NCBI GenBank assembly: GCA_000320545.1
Contig: ADNK01002097.1
Span: 1-61,454, forward strand
DNA length: 61,454 nucleotides
Direction of reading: 5' to 3'
From: Bigelowiella natans CCMP2755
Lineage: Eukaryota > Protista > Cercozoa
How positions within the stretch are numbered: the stretch's first letter is position 1; each line of letters starts with the position of its first letter. Below the pieces are notes generated by a model, which ran no database searches, was not told the DNA's origin, and saw nothing but the letters and a program-made list of their open reading frames with translations. Positions 1-17,240 of the stretch are shown piece after piece. The position numbers and the translations under genes are program-made.

Positions 1-195
1 CTCTAGTACATGCATGGATATTAGACATCGATTTAGCAATTATATATACATAGATATATCTAGAGTCAACAGTGAGGGATATTAAACCAATCATCCAGAT
101 AAATGCCACATGGTGGTTTACGGGTCTTCTCGTAACTGGTTGAAAGGTCAGCCTTAGTAGTCATTTAAATTATACCCATTAGTAATCTCTGTGAA

Positions 196-645
196 TCAAG
201 GGTGTGAATGTTTCGTCGGCGCGTGATTTAGGAGTTCAGTGGAAATTGCCCCCATCGCCACCAAATTCTGATAGGAAACACCGGGGCAGAATGAGTCACA
301 GCGAGAGAGAGCGAGAGAGAGAGAGAGAGAGAATAATTAATCAATAATCACCATCATCAAAAACAACTTAAACCGACTCGAACAAGAAAAACAATGCATA
401 CGAGGATCATTTTTTTAAATCTAAATGAAAATATCTTCCATCGTCATCGTCGTCATCGTTATCACCATCATCATCATCATCATCATCATCATCTTTGCTA
501 GTACTGTTGTTATCACCTTAAACAATCCACGTTTGAGCTGTTCACTACGCTTTGTATACAAGCTTCCCGATCTGCCTCGGCAAGGCTAGCGAATTGGAAC
601 TAATAATAATAAAAAGCAAAATTACCAACAGCAACATCAAAGTAT

Positions 646-677
<32 letters not shown>

Positions 678-928
678 CACGTTCGGTTTCGGCATCTGTA
701 TTTAGAAAAATGAAGGAAAAATCATTTAAGAATAGGAAAAATAGTTTGCACTATTACAAAATATGACGACGATGAATATATCTCACGAACGAATGATGCA
801 GAGAACTTCATCATCCATTCCCATCAAAGTGAAAAATAGACAAAACGACAAACATTTAAGTAGAAGGTACTACAAATGAGTAGGTACTATCCGCTATAGC
901 ATCCACTTAAGCGCAAGGAGAATGGATT

Positions 929-972
<44 letters not shown>

Positions 973-1082
973 GCATCATCCCCCATCCCCCCCCATTGAA
1001 CCAACGAACGAACAAAGGACCGCAATCAACCCTATTATCATGAGGGGGTATTATTATTATTATTATTATTGTTATTATTGTA

Positions 1083-1116
<34 letters not shown>

Positions 1117-1568
1117 CTACTACTACTACCTCTCCACAGTTACAAGCTGCATTATTAATGGCAATGCATTGTGAGCTTTCATCTGGCCACATAAAATATC
1201 CCCCACTCGTTACATTCGTCTAAAGAGCATCATAGAGGAGGAGGAGGAGGAGGAAGAAGAAGGGTAGCAGCAGATTATAGGTGATAATGATGATGATATA
1301 TATTGGGATTGTACCCTTTAGATAAACCATATCATCACACTGATCATATAAGTGCGGAGTGTGTGACAAATAAGGAAAACTATAGCTACTGACTCTTTAC
1401 TGTTGTTGTTGTACTTACCGTTGAGTTGAATGAAGCAATAAGATTATCCGGGAACAAATCGATACAGAACGCTGTCCCACTAACACATCGGTAGTAATAG
1501 TAGTGTTAGTATTGGTATTAGTAGTAGTAGTAGTAGCAGTCGTGGTCATACATATACGTGTGTACACT

Positions 1569-1599
<31 letters not shown>

Positions 1600-1708
1600 A
1601 TACACATACACACACACATACACATATATATAAAGAGCAGGAGAAGCATATTACACATGACTAAGACGAAGGTCCACATTAACATGCAAACGTCGTTTCA
1701 TTGATGTA

Positions 1709-1740
<32 letters not shown>

Positions 1741-2879
1741 AATTGTCTATAATTCGCTTATAAAATAGTATATTTTATGATGAATCAGGGGTATACAATA
1801 TTATCAAGATGTCCATCATATACATTTAATATATAAATGATAAATATATGCTGCTGCATCATGCTGTTTAATCATCATTCCCTTCTGTGTACTAAATAAC
1901 GACTCCTACCATGGTATAACTTCTGCCAACTAACAAATAACCCCAACCCTAACTTCTACTACCTAGTTGTTTTCAGTTCTTCGCAAGGGGCCAAATCAAA
2001 GCTAATGATGATAAGTAGAAGTAGTGGTAGGAGAAGTATTCCAGAAGAGTAAATTACTACCCATCATTACTTTGAATGAACACAATGATGACTGCTAGTA
2101 TCATCCCTCTCGAGAGATGATACTATCTTAAATGACTACTACTACTTATAGCTATTAACATTATGTCAATTGAGTAGTAAGTGAATATAAGTATTACTTT
2201 GTGTACTCGATGACAAAAACCCATGTGAGGAAGTAAAAGTAGCAAAGAATCTTTAAAGACAACCAAACCTCCCACCTATATCAGCACCATTAGAACAAGT
2301 AGATCATAGGAAGAAGAAGAAGAAGAAGAAGAAGAAGAAGAAGATGCTGATGAGCAAAGGCTATCAAAAGAAGAAATACTTTAACTATTCACTAGTACAC
2401 TCACGTGTTCTGTGTACTTCCCTCCTCTCCTTTTGTACAAGATGATCTATTTTATAGTCCTTCTCTTCTCTCACCATCATCATTTACACCATAAAACTAC
2501 TAAGAGTCAACTCCTCCTTCCTTCCTTCTTCAATCCTAATGTTACTCTCCAATTTCCTATTATTCCTTCCTCCTTCTTCCCCATGTTAGTCCGATTTCCT
2601 TTTTTCCCTTCTTCTTCATCACATATCGTTTTCAACAAGTTATAGTAGTAGTAGTAATATTAATAGGTCATTGATTGATTGTTATTACCAGAAATCAAAT
2701 GTACCAGATGTCAAACGCACACAGCAACAATGTGTAGGTTGGCACCTAAGTGGAAGGAGGATTCCACAACAGGAGGAGGAGGAGGAGGAGGAGGAGGAGG
2801 AGAGAGAAGAGAAGAAACAAGATAGATAAATGGAAGAAAACAAGGTAAATTCGTAATTATTAGGACACATTCATTATAT

Positions 2880-2920
<41 letters not shown>

Positions 2921-3316
2921 GCTACTTTTGCAGTGAAAAAAAGAATGAATTAGTGGAAAAACATGGTGTTTAGTGCATTATTGTCATCATTATTTCTAAA
3001 TCATTTTTCTTCTTATTCTTACGGAATGCAATCTCCTTTGAGAGGCGATAACAACGCTTGTTTCTTTAGATTTTCAGTTTCTTCTTCCTGATGAATAAAG
3101 GAGAAGGGGCAAGAGGTACACGTCGGATACACACGCACACGCACATACAAACATATAAACATATAATAAATATATTTAACATAAATATATATAATCAGCG
3201 TGTGTGTTTTTTGTGTTCTGTGTTTGTTCGTTACAGACAAACATATAGTAGTGAGTGACTACTAATCCCTAGATCACTAGAATAATACTTGATACTCGAT
3301 GATCAGTGCATATGGG

Positions 3317-3356
<40 letters not shown>

Positions 3357-4735
3357 CTTTTATATATAAAGTATCGAGTGGATATATCGATCAGTGCTTT
3401 TGGGGTTGCTGCGAACAATTTCTACAAGCATTGGCCACCATCTATTACTACTACTAGTAGTAGTATAGTAGCAATATTTCAATTACTTCGCTTTTCTTTC
3501 GGATGTAATACTCAGCATCCCTAAGCTGTTCCTCAAACTGAATATCATGGGTATATATATATATATATATATATATCATGAGTAGTAGAAATCATTTATC
3601 TGTTTTCTTCTTCTCATACAACTTATCAACGGTTTATCTGTTTTATTGTTTTTAAACATACAACTTATTATCAACGGACCTTCCATTTCTCTCCGACGAA
3701 CTTCGCTCTCTCCACTTCCTCCTTTCTCTGATGATGATGATCACGACAAGTTTCAACAATACGGTTATATGTCAGAGACTCAATAATAGATGATAATAAT
3801 AATAATACAATATGATAGATAGCAGCTGCAGAGTGGTTCGAATCATCATTTTCTACTGTATCATTGCTTACATCTAAGCCATCGTTGTCCTCCCATTCCC
3901 CTGTTATAAAATCAGTATATTATAGCAATCACGGATGCGCTTTATATGGCGAAAAGCCTTGGTTATGCCGTCTTTCTAATTGGCTGTTCTTATGTGATTA
4001 TTATTATCACCAGAAGTAGATCTTTGCGCAGCTAGTTCGTCTCTCTTTGCAGCATTATTCGGAGAATCATCTAGACCAACCGCTACTCCCAAACCAGGAA
4101 TTTTCTTGCTATGGTGTTCCTCGTTTCTTCCCCTTGCTGTCGTTCTTGATTTTCCCCTCCCCAGCCACGATTTAAGACCAACCATCCTATCGATGTATTG
4201 AATTTTGAGTGAATACGTTTTTGAGAATGTTTGTGTGTGTGTTGAATTATCAAATGAACAGAAGATCTACATAAATAAACATCTAAACTAACTTAATAAC
4301 CATTTGGAGAAGCCTTCAGGGGATTCATCCTTCGGGCCTGTTGTGTCGATTATGAAAATAATATTCAGATTACAGGTGGATGTGTCCTGCTGTTATGACG
4401 AACGATGATAATAAAAAGTAGCGGTGATAATGATTCGTTGCTCTGATGATCGTGCACAATAGAAAGGAATCTAAAGTATTGACTTAAATGGAGCAAATAA
4501 ATGTTTATGTATAAAAGTGTGGTTACAGACCTACAGCCTCAGATCGTTCGATGTCATCGGTGTCGTTATGTTCTATAAAGGCATCATCATTTCCGTTAAC
4601 TTCTCAATCATGAACCCATAGTCAAACAATATCACGTTCAAACAAACCTCGGGGTCGAGTATCAAAGCCTTCATTTTCATGATTCCCCTTTCGTGCATGT
4701 GCACGATCCGCTTGGATCCCATGCTTGGTATCCAT
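196..4735 (-). CDS. Hypothetical multi-exon protein; boundaries uncertain
   Basis: Short AG/GT-bounded non-repetitive blocks between microsatellite tracts translate on the minus strand, e.g. EEETENLKKQALLSPLKGDCIP (~3022-3088), GTAFCIDLFPDNLIASFNST (~1419-1479), FQFASLAEADREACIQSVVNSSNVDCL (~518-599) and a terminal NLVAMGAISTELLNHAPTKHSHP* (stop 196-198). No family recognised. Confidence 0.35.
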
Positions 4736-5785
4736 TTATTCCTCCTCTTCAGAATGAATTTTACCGTAGTGTGGCTATCCAAATCCAATAATCAATGGGG
4801 ATTAGTCTATGCGACATCTCAATTTCAAGAAAACTGTACCAAAATTCAGGATTTAAAATATTAAAGCGACATGCTTGGGTCTAGCTGGTTTAAAAAGTTC
4901 AAAAATGGGACTACATGATCTTTTGTTCACCTGAGACATACTACGTCGTATGTCGCATGTATAAAATGAATAAGAATTATCGATACATTAGTTATATGAG
5001 GCAAAATTAGGATGCGACATGTGGTCGTTGTTGTCTTATATAAGATATATAGTCGGATACTAAGCTTAGACTTGTTGTTTTTGTCGTCGTTTTCAGCCAC
5101 AGGACGTCGTAGTACACATACCATACCACCCTCGTGCTACAAGACCAATTTTCGATGGCACCCTGCAGTTCTTCTTCGCGTGCCGTTGCTCTTGCACTTT
5201 TGGCTTTTGCCGTTGCTTTAACTTTCGTCCAGTATCCATCCGCTCCATCTGCATGTGAGTTGCTAGAGTTAGAACCGTGTTGTACGCGTTAGAAATGCAA
5301 TGTTGTCGATAAATGGAGTAATTACGTTGTGGGAACAGCAGTGTCTAGCACGATCAATGAAGACATCTATGAGTACTTTTTAGCCAGACTGGGGCAGCAG
5401 TAGAAGAAAGACCGTCTTCCTCACTCTATGAGAACCTGCAAGCTGTTTTCGAATTGTAATGGCCGTGTCTCCTTCATTTTGTTGCTATGCCATTGCATTG
5501 CCGTGCTGTCTCCTCTTCATTCTGGCTTAGTTGTCTTTCTCTTCCGACGTTCTTTCTCGACCAAAGAGAAACAAGTACGAAGAGTTAAGGACAATAAAGT
5601 TGTTAGAAGTCAGCAGAAGCATGCAATGGCTTGTGGGACGAAATATTGCGACGACAAGTGCCATAATCAATGCTACGATGGCAGCTTACAGGGTTTATCG
5701 TGGGGTGGTGATAGATGATCCGCTCTTCTCTGCTGCTTCGTTTATGTCTGAATCAAGGCGAATCTGAGATCTTTAAATTTAATAC

Positions 5786-7448
5786 TTGCATGGCTGCATG
5801 AAAGCGACGACTTTAGTTGACAAGACGTACGTCTCTTCTTCTCTTTATTATTCTAAACTAATTCCAGCAACCAGCATTTCTAAAAGCAGCCGCCGCATTG
5901 CTTCTAATGTGGCCACAAGAAGATCAGTACTTTTCGGTGTAGGAGGTGTCTCTCTTGCTTCCTCCACAATTGCATCGAAAGGAAATATTGCTCGTGCAGG
6001 TTATTCTCATAAAATGATATACTAAATTGCATTTGAGAAAAGAGTGAGGTGAGAGGCTTATGAAGAAAAACAAAGTCTTTTTCCACAGAATATATACATA
6101 ACATGTGTGGGTGTGGGTGTGGGTGGTGGAGTACTTGCATGGCATTCCCACATACACTGTAATCCTAGAGTAGAGCCGACATCTGCTATGTGCTATTAAC
6201 CTCCTGTTCTCTACTACCTTTTCATACTTCTGTCGGTAGATGATTCGTTCACTACTTCACCTTCTGGATTACAGTAATGACAGACATTCAGTGCAAAATT
6301 AGAGTATGGTTATATTCGTAGTTTCAAATGTCTTTCAGGTACGCGGAACTAGTGGAGGGCAGTGGTAAACAGCCAACTGCGGGACAATTAGTTAAAGTGA
6401 GCAGTTGTTCAGAAACATGCTAGCATTAGAGGAAAACGGTTTAAAATCAATGATGTATAATATCCAGGTTCACTACACAGGGTGGCTGAATGGTTTCGAA
6501 TCGCAGGGAAAGAAATTTGACTCTAGTCGCGACCGGTAATTGAGTGGTCATTGTCAAATACTTATGTCATGTTTTCGTGTCTAAAACTGTAGAGCCATAA
6601 TCATCATCTTCATCATCATCATCATCATCACCGCCACCATCGTTTTAATTAGTGGCCGCCCTCTGAGCTTCAAAGTTGGAACTGGTCAGGTCATCAAAGG
6701 CTGGGATGAAGTATGTAACCAAATAAACATTCTCAGTCCGAATAAGAAGCGTCTTATGGAAGTATAGTTTAACATGGACACTGCTATCCACCAATAATTA
6801 ACACAAGAATGAAAAATCAATAGTATCAATATTAATACTATTATTAAAACTATAGAAGAAGTTTTAGTTTGCTCGTTGAACCCTCCTCTTTGTCTCACAA
6901 ATAGTAATCTATCTTTAAAAGGGCATTCTAGGTATGAAGGTAGGAGGACGACGACGCCTGATTATCCCTTCGCAGGTAGAAAGTATTAAACAATAATATC
7001 TCGAGAAATGATGATGATAAAGTGTTTTATTGTAACACCTGTCCAATCTTAAACTAACAGCTTGCCTATGGGAAGCGGGGAGCTGGAGGTGTCATCCCTC
7101 CCGGTACGTACGACTATCTCAATTTCTTAAATTCACTGTTACATGGGAAAAAGTTTTTTAATAATATATTTTACAGTTGAATTGAAACTACTTGCACTGA
7201 ATTGAGTTGATCTTCTCTTTCTTCTTGCTACGCATAATTCGACTGTCGAATACTGTGTTGACATTTCTGGGTCGAAGATTCAACTCTTTACTTTGATGGT
7301 AATATGAGATAACATCGCAACAAATATCATCAGTGCTATGAAAAATAAGCATACGTTTCTCCGTCATACCCTGTAAACAATATCATAACCATTGATGATG
7401 TGTTATTCTACACCAAACATAGTCGAGCTTGTCGGGATTGCTTACTAA
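5786..7448 (+). CDS. FKBP-type peptidyl-prolyl isomerase, probably thylakoid-lumen targeted; start uncertain
   Basis: Spliced exons give YAELVEGSGKQPTAGQLVK/VHYTGWLNGFESQGKKFDSSRDR/GRPLSFKVGTGQVIKGWDE/GILGMKVGGRRRLIIPSQ/LAYGKRGAGGVIPP/DSTLYFD/VELVGIAY*, a canonical FKBP domain. Upstream RRSVLFGVGG...ARA resembles a Tat signal with an AxA cleavage site. Confidence 0.9.
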
Positions 7449-7529
7449 GCACCATCCACGGAGAATAGGGGCTTCTGGGCCTTCAGTAAAGATCTATCTT
7501 CGAACGAGTTAAACATTTGTCAAATTTCG

Positions 7530-8900
7530 CAGCACGCATGCATGTAGAGGCACGGGCAAGTATGAAGCACATTGTATGACATCTAACCTTGGTACATATA
7601 GTCTGTACGTTGGTATGGTACTGAATTGTCGTGAAGTACTTGTTTCATCATCATGCGTCGTAGCCCAATTGCATGTCCGATGCTATTCTGAATCGCCTAT
7701 GCCCGTTCAGCGGGCTACTACTCTGCTAGTACTACTGAGTCACAGCACGTAGTACTCTATGCTGTCACATAGCATGCATCTAGGCAGCATCTTCCACAAA
7801 GTCTGTATCGCCATAGCTTTAGTTGCACTAGTGCATGCCATGAGGCTACATCTACTAGAAGAGCGATCTTGTGTGCGTTGACACACAAAATGATAAAATG
7901 ATACGCCGGTCCTGCTAACGGTGTGCTGGCTAGTAGTTATAAGTGCACATGATATGAACAGTCACATGCACATGATATCGAAGATCGACAAACGTGCGCC
8001 GGTGTGTGTCGTGCTGGCGCTGCTATTGTCATCAGATCGAGGGGGCAGCTCCACCAGATTAGAGGCGGCTAGGCGATATAGACATTAATGTCCATATAGC
8101 GACTGTTCATTTATGCTTGCTTGACCTCTTTGCCGCTTGCCTAAGCACAGCAGCTACGTACAGCACTCACAATTTGCCTGTATGCTAGTACGCTGTATGT
8201 TGGTTTCTGCTGTCATCATGATTAGCAGACAAGGTGTACGATACACACGACACTGTACTAGTGTACATGTGCTACATGTTATGATAATTGTTAATGATCA
8301 TTATGTCGTATACATTGTACATTGTGTCTATTGTTAGCAGTTATGTGCTTCATGCATGCATGCGCAAAAGCATCCATATCAGCGTGTATGTTGGATGGCT
8401 GCTGTATGTTACATGTAGCATAGTCATCTGCAGCAGTGTACGGCGCTTTCGTCGCTCACAATTTTGTCTAGATGTGCATATGTGTGTACACACACAGCGA
8501 CTGCTTGACTGCAATGTATAATGCATAGCGGATTTTAGTCCTATTGCTAGATTGGTCCTAATGATCAATGACGAGACCATTGTTACAGATCCAGCACCCA
8601 AGACCCATAGCCTGCTATGCTAGGTATGCGTAGCTTATCGCGGTGACGCAGCAGTTTTGATGTCACCGTGCATAGTTGATCGATCGTCATGTGTGTATGC
8701 ATTCGTATATATTCGAACACATGCAAATGGGTATTGCTAATGGTTAACATTCAAATTGTATAACAACGACATTAGACACTGTTCGCATGATGTATTCCAT
8801 GTATGATGTGAACATTGTGTCTTAAGTAATACATACCTCGAACACTTTAAATTTTACGTCTATATCATAAATATTCTATACATGTTATAACATTGTATAG
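7530..8900. repeat. Decayed intergenic island (probable TE relic) rich in 4-nt palindromes
   Basis: Abrupt change to an alternating purine-pyrimidine texture (CATG, CTAG, GTAC, GATC), with no long microsatellites and no coherent ORF. Lies between convergent FKBP and U1-C. Confidence 0.5.
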
Positions 8901-8918
8901 TCGACCATGTCTCTACGC

Positions 8919-9542
8919 TCATACATTTAGTGTCATGAGAAACAATGTGGACATCATGCAGATTACTACCCACAAAAATAGCTTTTTCCTGGTGGATGAA
9001 AATGTGTTCATTCTTCTAGTAAGAATTACACATTTTCCAAAGATATTATGAGGTTTCTGTGTGTATGTCATGACGAGGCGCAGTAAGAGAATAATGATCA
9101 CCAAAGAGTAGGGAGTACTCTGCATCCCAGGGCCAATACCTCGAGGTCCTGGTTCATTTGAAACGAAAGGCAATCTTTCTTCCCCAGGGTGATCACCACG
9201 TGGTCCCTTAGGTGGAAAATCAGGTGCAGCCATTGCACCCATGCTTGAAGTAACGAATTGAGGTTCTTCATATTCCCAATCGCTGAACGAAGACACAACC
9301 TCGCCTCCGAAAGGAAGCGACGCATTATAGTGGTTAGCTTTGTCAACTAGGCCTGGAAATCGCTGTTGCTGCATTCTTTCATACATGATATGGGCGAGTT
9401 CCTTTTGTGAGGCCAATCCAAGCTGATTGTAATACGTGTAGACATTCTCCAGGTGTTTGCGGCCTACGCAATGCTGCTTTCGGCCACCCTGATTGTCATG
9501 CGTAAGGTATATATCACAGTACTCACAATAGAAGCGCCCCAT
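8919..9542 (-). CDS. SNRPC: U1 snRNP protein C (U1-C) zinc-finger protein; 3' end uncertain
   Basis: N-terminal [34 protein letters not shown] matches the U1-C matrin-type zinc finger, followed by a Pro/Gly/Met-rich tail. Confidence 0.85.
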   Translation of the reverse strand: MGRFYCEYCDIYLTHDNQGGRKQHCVGRKHLENVYTYYNQLGLASQKELAHIMYERMQQQRFPGLVDKANHYNASLPFGGEVVSSFSDWEYEEPQFVTSSMGAMAAPDFPPKGPRGDHPGEERLPFVSNEPGPRGIGPGMQSTPYSLVIIILLLRLVMTYTQKPHNIFGKCVILTRRMNTFSSTRKKLFLWVVICMMSTLFLMTLNV

Positions 9543-10164
9543 CCAATCGCCTTAGGCATTGGTTGCTTTCGGTTCTAGTGATGACGGGAGCGGGTAGACA
9601 TGAGTCTTGTATCTTGGTGAGATGTGTGAGCAGTGTACGATGATTGCGATGAAGATGATGAATGGGTGATGTACGGGTGGGTGATGAACAATGATGAATA
9701 ACCCGAGATAATGTTGATGATGATGATGATGATGACGACAAATAAAAAAAAGAGTGTTGTTGTTGTTGTTGTTGTAGTGGATGTTGTCTGATGAGCAATA
9801 TGATGATCAGGATATATCCTCATTGTTTTTTTTCCTCCCTATGTCATCATTCATTAAATTTTACGGCTCATCAAGATGGAAAAAGACACACCTCGTGCAG
9901 TCTTTTAACTAGATAGGTACTGTGGAATAATGATGTCGCAGTGGGAAAAAAATCTCAAATCCAACTTATTTAGACTCTAACCCTAAATCTGTTTTCTCTC
10001 TACTGCATGAGTTGAAGGCGCAATTGGCTTAATCCACTGTAAAATTCATGTCGCTTTATGTAAAGGTAGAGCGTTAATGCATTTTGAGGCATGTAAGGTC
10101 ATTAACCAAAGATCCCACCCCTCAACGCGAGGACCATCATCATCCGCAAGAGAGAGAGAGACAA

Positions 10165-13357
<3,193 letters not shown>

Positions 13358-13679
13358 TTACCACGTTAAGACTGTTTCTTCTAATTGGTATTTTGTGCAA
13401 ACTTGGATGTACTTTGGGCAATATTGCTACTAATCACAAAATCTATCTTCGACTAGAGAAGGTGAAAAAGAAGATTCGAGAAAGAAGGATTGATGTCATA
13501 TGGAATGAAAATATGCACACACACACACACACACACATGCAAAGATATGTGTATACATGTGCATACATTAGGATGATTGTTGGAAATCATTTTATCATTC
13601 ATCTCATATGCATGCACCTGCATAGTACATTTGCCATGCAGTTATTTGAGTAATAGAAGAACAGTGCCACGCACTTATC

Positions 13680-14470
13680 AGCATCACAAGATGCCATTGA
13701 TTGATTTTGAGTTGCGAGGCGCACAGACAGACTTGATCGCACATTGCAATGCAAGCCACAGCAAACTAATTTGGGATTGCTTTAGATTGGGCGCGCGCAT
13801 GCATCGCACTTCGCTCGATGCGCGCGCAAGTCTATCTAGATCGACGACGTACCACACGCACTCTAGCACTATGTGCATCTCAACGCCTGGCTAGCCATCT
13901 AGCCATATGCAAAACAGAGCGGCCACAGCGCTTGTGTTGAGTCTGTCGCCATTTGCCTAGCTTTGCCATCCTAGCATTACGTGCTTTGGCTGCATTTATT
14001 TATTGAATGCATGCATGCACATCCTGTCGTCGATAATGTCGCCAGCGCTAAAGCGCATTATTCTAGTATTGCATGCGCTGCTAAGCTATGCTACTGGCGC
14101 GCGCAGCCAGGCTTTTTTTTAAGTTGCGCAGTCAGTCGTCTCGTTTTTGGCGTGTACGTATATAGCTCACATGCAGTGCGCAGCATACTAGCTAGCTAGC
14201 ATGGTGTGCTAACACATTCACGTCGTGCGTGCCCGCGCATCCTAGCATCACAACACGTAGTCGCGTCCATGTGATGCAGGGCCAACTGCGCTGCTAGCTA
14301 GCTAGCTGATGCCCCGTGCTATGGCTGCGATATGACCACACCGTTGCAGCATTACGCTAGCACGCAATGCATCTAGGCATCACTAGATCACAGCTGAAGC
14401 GCATTCACATCGCACCGCCACGTTGGTCACTGGTCATTGTCACGTTTTCTGAGGATTTTGTGGATGTCAT
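13680..14470. repeat. Decayed intergenic island (probable TE relic)
   Basis: GCGCGCGCATGCATCG...CGATGCGCGCGC inverted repeat (~13791-13828) and GCTAGCTAGC runs (~14188, ~14293). Lies between convergent CDPK and methyltransferase genes. Confidence 0.5.
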
Positions 14471-14471
14471 G

Positions 14472-17240
14472 TCATTGGAATTCTTTCCCAACTAGCAATC
14501 CCCGTTCGCTCAGCAATGCCTTCATGAGGGCTTGATCTTTCTTTTGCTGGGCCCGAGCCTCCTCCTTTATGTTCATCCTCGTTGATTCGCCTTCAGTAGC
14601 AAAACCGTGTGGATGTCTTTCATCATCAGCAGCACCCGCTCCTAGCACAAATTCGTCGCTATCAATAGTTTGATTGTCGAGAAAGTGAACGTTGAACGAT
14701 TCATAGCGTGCAGATTCACCGAAAGTGTCGACAACCTGCACGCGTTTACTATCGTTTTGTTCCTCACTTGTGTCATCACAATCGCCCTCCTTGGCATCAT
14801 CACCGTAATCAACTTCACGACGTTCTCGTTTTTTTTGGAGAGTGTCAATAGTGTTCGACTTGAACGTCATATTCTCTCCTGTCGCCATCGTCGGAATTAA
14901 CTCCGCTTCACTCTGATCAATTCCTGCAGCAATGAGAAATTTTTGCGCTAGTGTATTGCCATTGTGCATCATTTTCCTCCTTGGGGGTTGACACTTAGTA
15001 TGGCGAAATGGGATGGGCTTGTATGGATCAAAGCCTTCCAAATCACTACTACCACCATCTGTCCTACTACCTGGAAAGGCGTTGAAGACAGGAGAATATA
15101 AGCCCTCCTCAGTATGCACGGCACTCATTAAATGACCAAGAGCAAGCTCTGCCTCATCTCTTAAAAAGGCATCATTTATTCCTTCCTTACCTTTTTTCGA
15201 GAACAGCGAGAATTGATTCACGTCGAAATTGAACTCGATTCTGTTGGGCAGTAGTAGCTCTCGGTCATCATCAGTATTGAGGAATACCACTTGTTGAAAT
15301 ACAAGGATAAAAGGCTGCATGCGAACTGAGGGAGGTAAACGATAGATTTGACACCTCCAATTTTCATGCTGAGGAAAGCTTCGGAGTAACATCAGGACAA
15401 TATGACGGTCACCCGAGGTTACACAAATATATTTTCCACCTCCTCCCAATTTCCTTTTACTACCATCGTAGTCGCCCTTATTCTCGTTTTCTTTCGCTTT
15501 CTCGTTTCCCTCCCCCGCTGCTATATTGCTGCAGGATCCTGGGCAGGGACGATGGTGGCTGCTCATAGGCTTAATGAGAAGTTGTTTGATGCCTTTGAGA
15601 TATTCCGTTGCTAATGAATGTCCGATGTAATAATCTTCATCTTGCTTATCGTCACCTCCAATGATGCTCTCTAGAGTGCCTTTATCAACAATTGCGTCAT
15701 ACTTTAATAATTCCGATTTGTAGTACTCGAATGAATTCCTTCCTTCAATATCAAGCAAATTGGCCTCGATCCAGCGCATATTGGAATAACTCTTCCCACC
15801 ATACATCTCCTGCATTGCTTGGATGGCAGCAGAAGAAAAATCTACATTGTGAATGTGTTGATAGCCTGCTTCATAAAGAAGAATAGAAAGACGCGAGGTC
15901 CCTGCCCCTGCCATCATGATGCGGTGTTTAGGGTTTAAAATATGATATTGAGGAAGTAGCAGTATATTTGATACAGCTTGACATGGTGCCACCCACTCGT
16001 GGTGGTTTGAGGGAGGGCGAGCCTTATGCAGCATCTGCCAATATTCTCGTGAACGAAAATGCTCAGGGGACAAGGGCAATAAAGATCCCTCCAACTGCCG
16101 TTCTGGACCGAAGTCAAGGCATTGTGCAGATCGCAACTTTGCATTATCATCCTTCTTCGTATCACCATTGTCATCAATATTGTCAATTCTGCCTCCCCTA
16201 TGAGCTTTTCTGTTAACTGCTTCTGATTGCGAAGACTCTCCAAACAAATGTTCTGTTTGATCAATAAATCCCTCAACAGTCGAGGTTGCATTGACGCTGA
16301 TGTCGTCGTTATCATCACCGTTGTTCTTTAATGCTGCTGCTTTATCATTCTCACCCCAGGACCATTTTATCTTCCCATGCATATCCCTACCAGGCTTCGT
16401 AGCAGCATGATAGGAGGAAGAAGGTGCGGAATTGCTAATTCTCTTTTGTTTCTTCTCCATAATCGCATCCATCCCGTCATCGAGACTCACACCAGCTGCT
16501 AACATATTACTTATCTTAGCAATAAGTTCTTTTTCCTCTTCCTCATACGACTTTTTACTATCACCAGTCCCTGCTTCCTTTTTGGACTCGTTGCTAGTAG
16601 TCGTTGAATTTAAATTTCTACTACGTTGACACCTTCTTTGTGTTTGTCTTCGTCTTAGAAAATCATCCAATCTGAAGTCACTGCCAGAACTACTGTCATG
16701 GCTGGTAAGAGACGACGATGACGACTGTTCCCAATTCAGCACACAGTAAGTACATTTCTCAGTAAGGGCATCACGTAGTATTCAAACGACAACGACAAGC
16801 TAAAAAACAGAGTAGCGATGAAAAATAATAATATCTCTAGTTAGATGACGACGGGTTACGAATCGAACAAACAACGACTAATGGACATCAACTATGTTAT
16901 GAATCGATTGAACGTTTCTCGGGGTGTATTTTCTTATCGATTTACAACAATAATTCTGCCGTAGTAGGTTTTTATCATTTCTTCTATTCACGAGTTTTTG
17001 GCCAGAACGTACCAGCTTCTTCTCGTTAGCAGAGCTGTCGCTCAACCATTCATTTTCTACTTCTCCATTTATTGAATATTGGAGTCGATTATTTTGTCCT
17101 TCGCGTATTACGACGGTCCAAGACGAGTTACCAGCTTCATTTAAGAATATCACCGACGCAATCATGATCAAAAGAAAACCCCTAAAAGCTCTTCTTCGCT
17201 TGACATATTTGCTGCCATGTATCATCATCTTGATTATCAT
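14472..17240 (-). CDS. Class I SAM-dependent methyltransferase, METTL13 N-terminal/EEF1AKMT4-like, with long extensions; probable first exon near 16880-17240
   Basis: 756-aa ORF with FRSREYW...HEW...IMMAGAGTSRLSILLYEAGYQHIHNVDFS...MRWIEANLLDI...YDAIVDKGTLESI. The upstream ORF has a hydrophobic segment FLLIMIASVIFL after a basic stretch. Confidence 0.75.

Noticed and set aside
1-100. Island-like texture (ctctagtacatgcatg) at the window start
   Set aside because: Fits the 3'-end island pattern but is too short and truncated to support a call.
887-3524. Poly-Y/H/V/I/S ORFs from the ORF track (also many at 24-28, 36-40 and 54-59 kb)
   Set aside because: Translations of intronic microsatellites.
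4930-5770. Non-repetitive ORF fragments upstream of FKBP as a separate gene or as the FKBP signal-peptide exons
   Set aside because: Several frames are equally plausible; no recognisable domain.
9978-9988. Telomere-like AACCCTAA / TTAGGG words (also ~19419, ~22653, ~42156)
   Set aside because: Single copies, compatible with chance in AT-rich DNA; no array.
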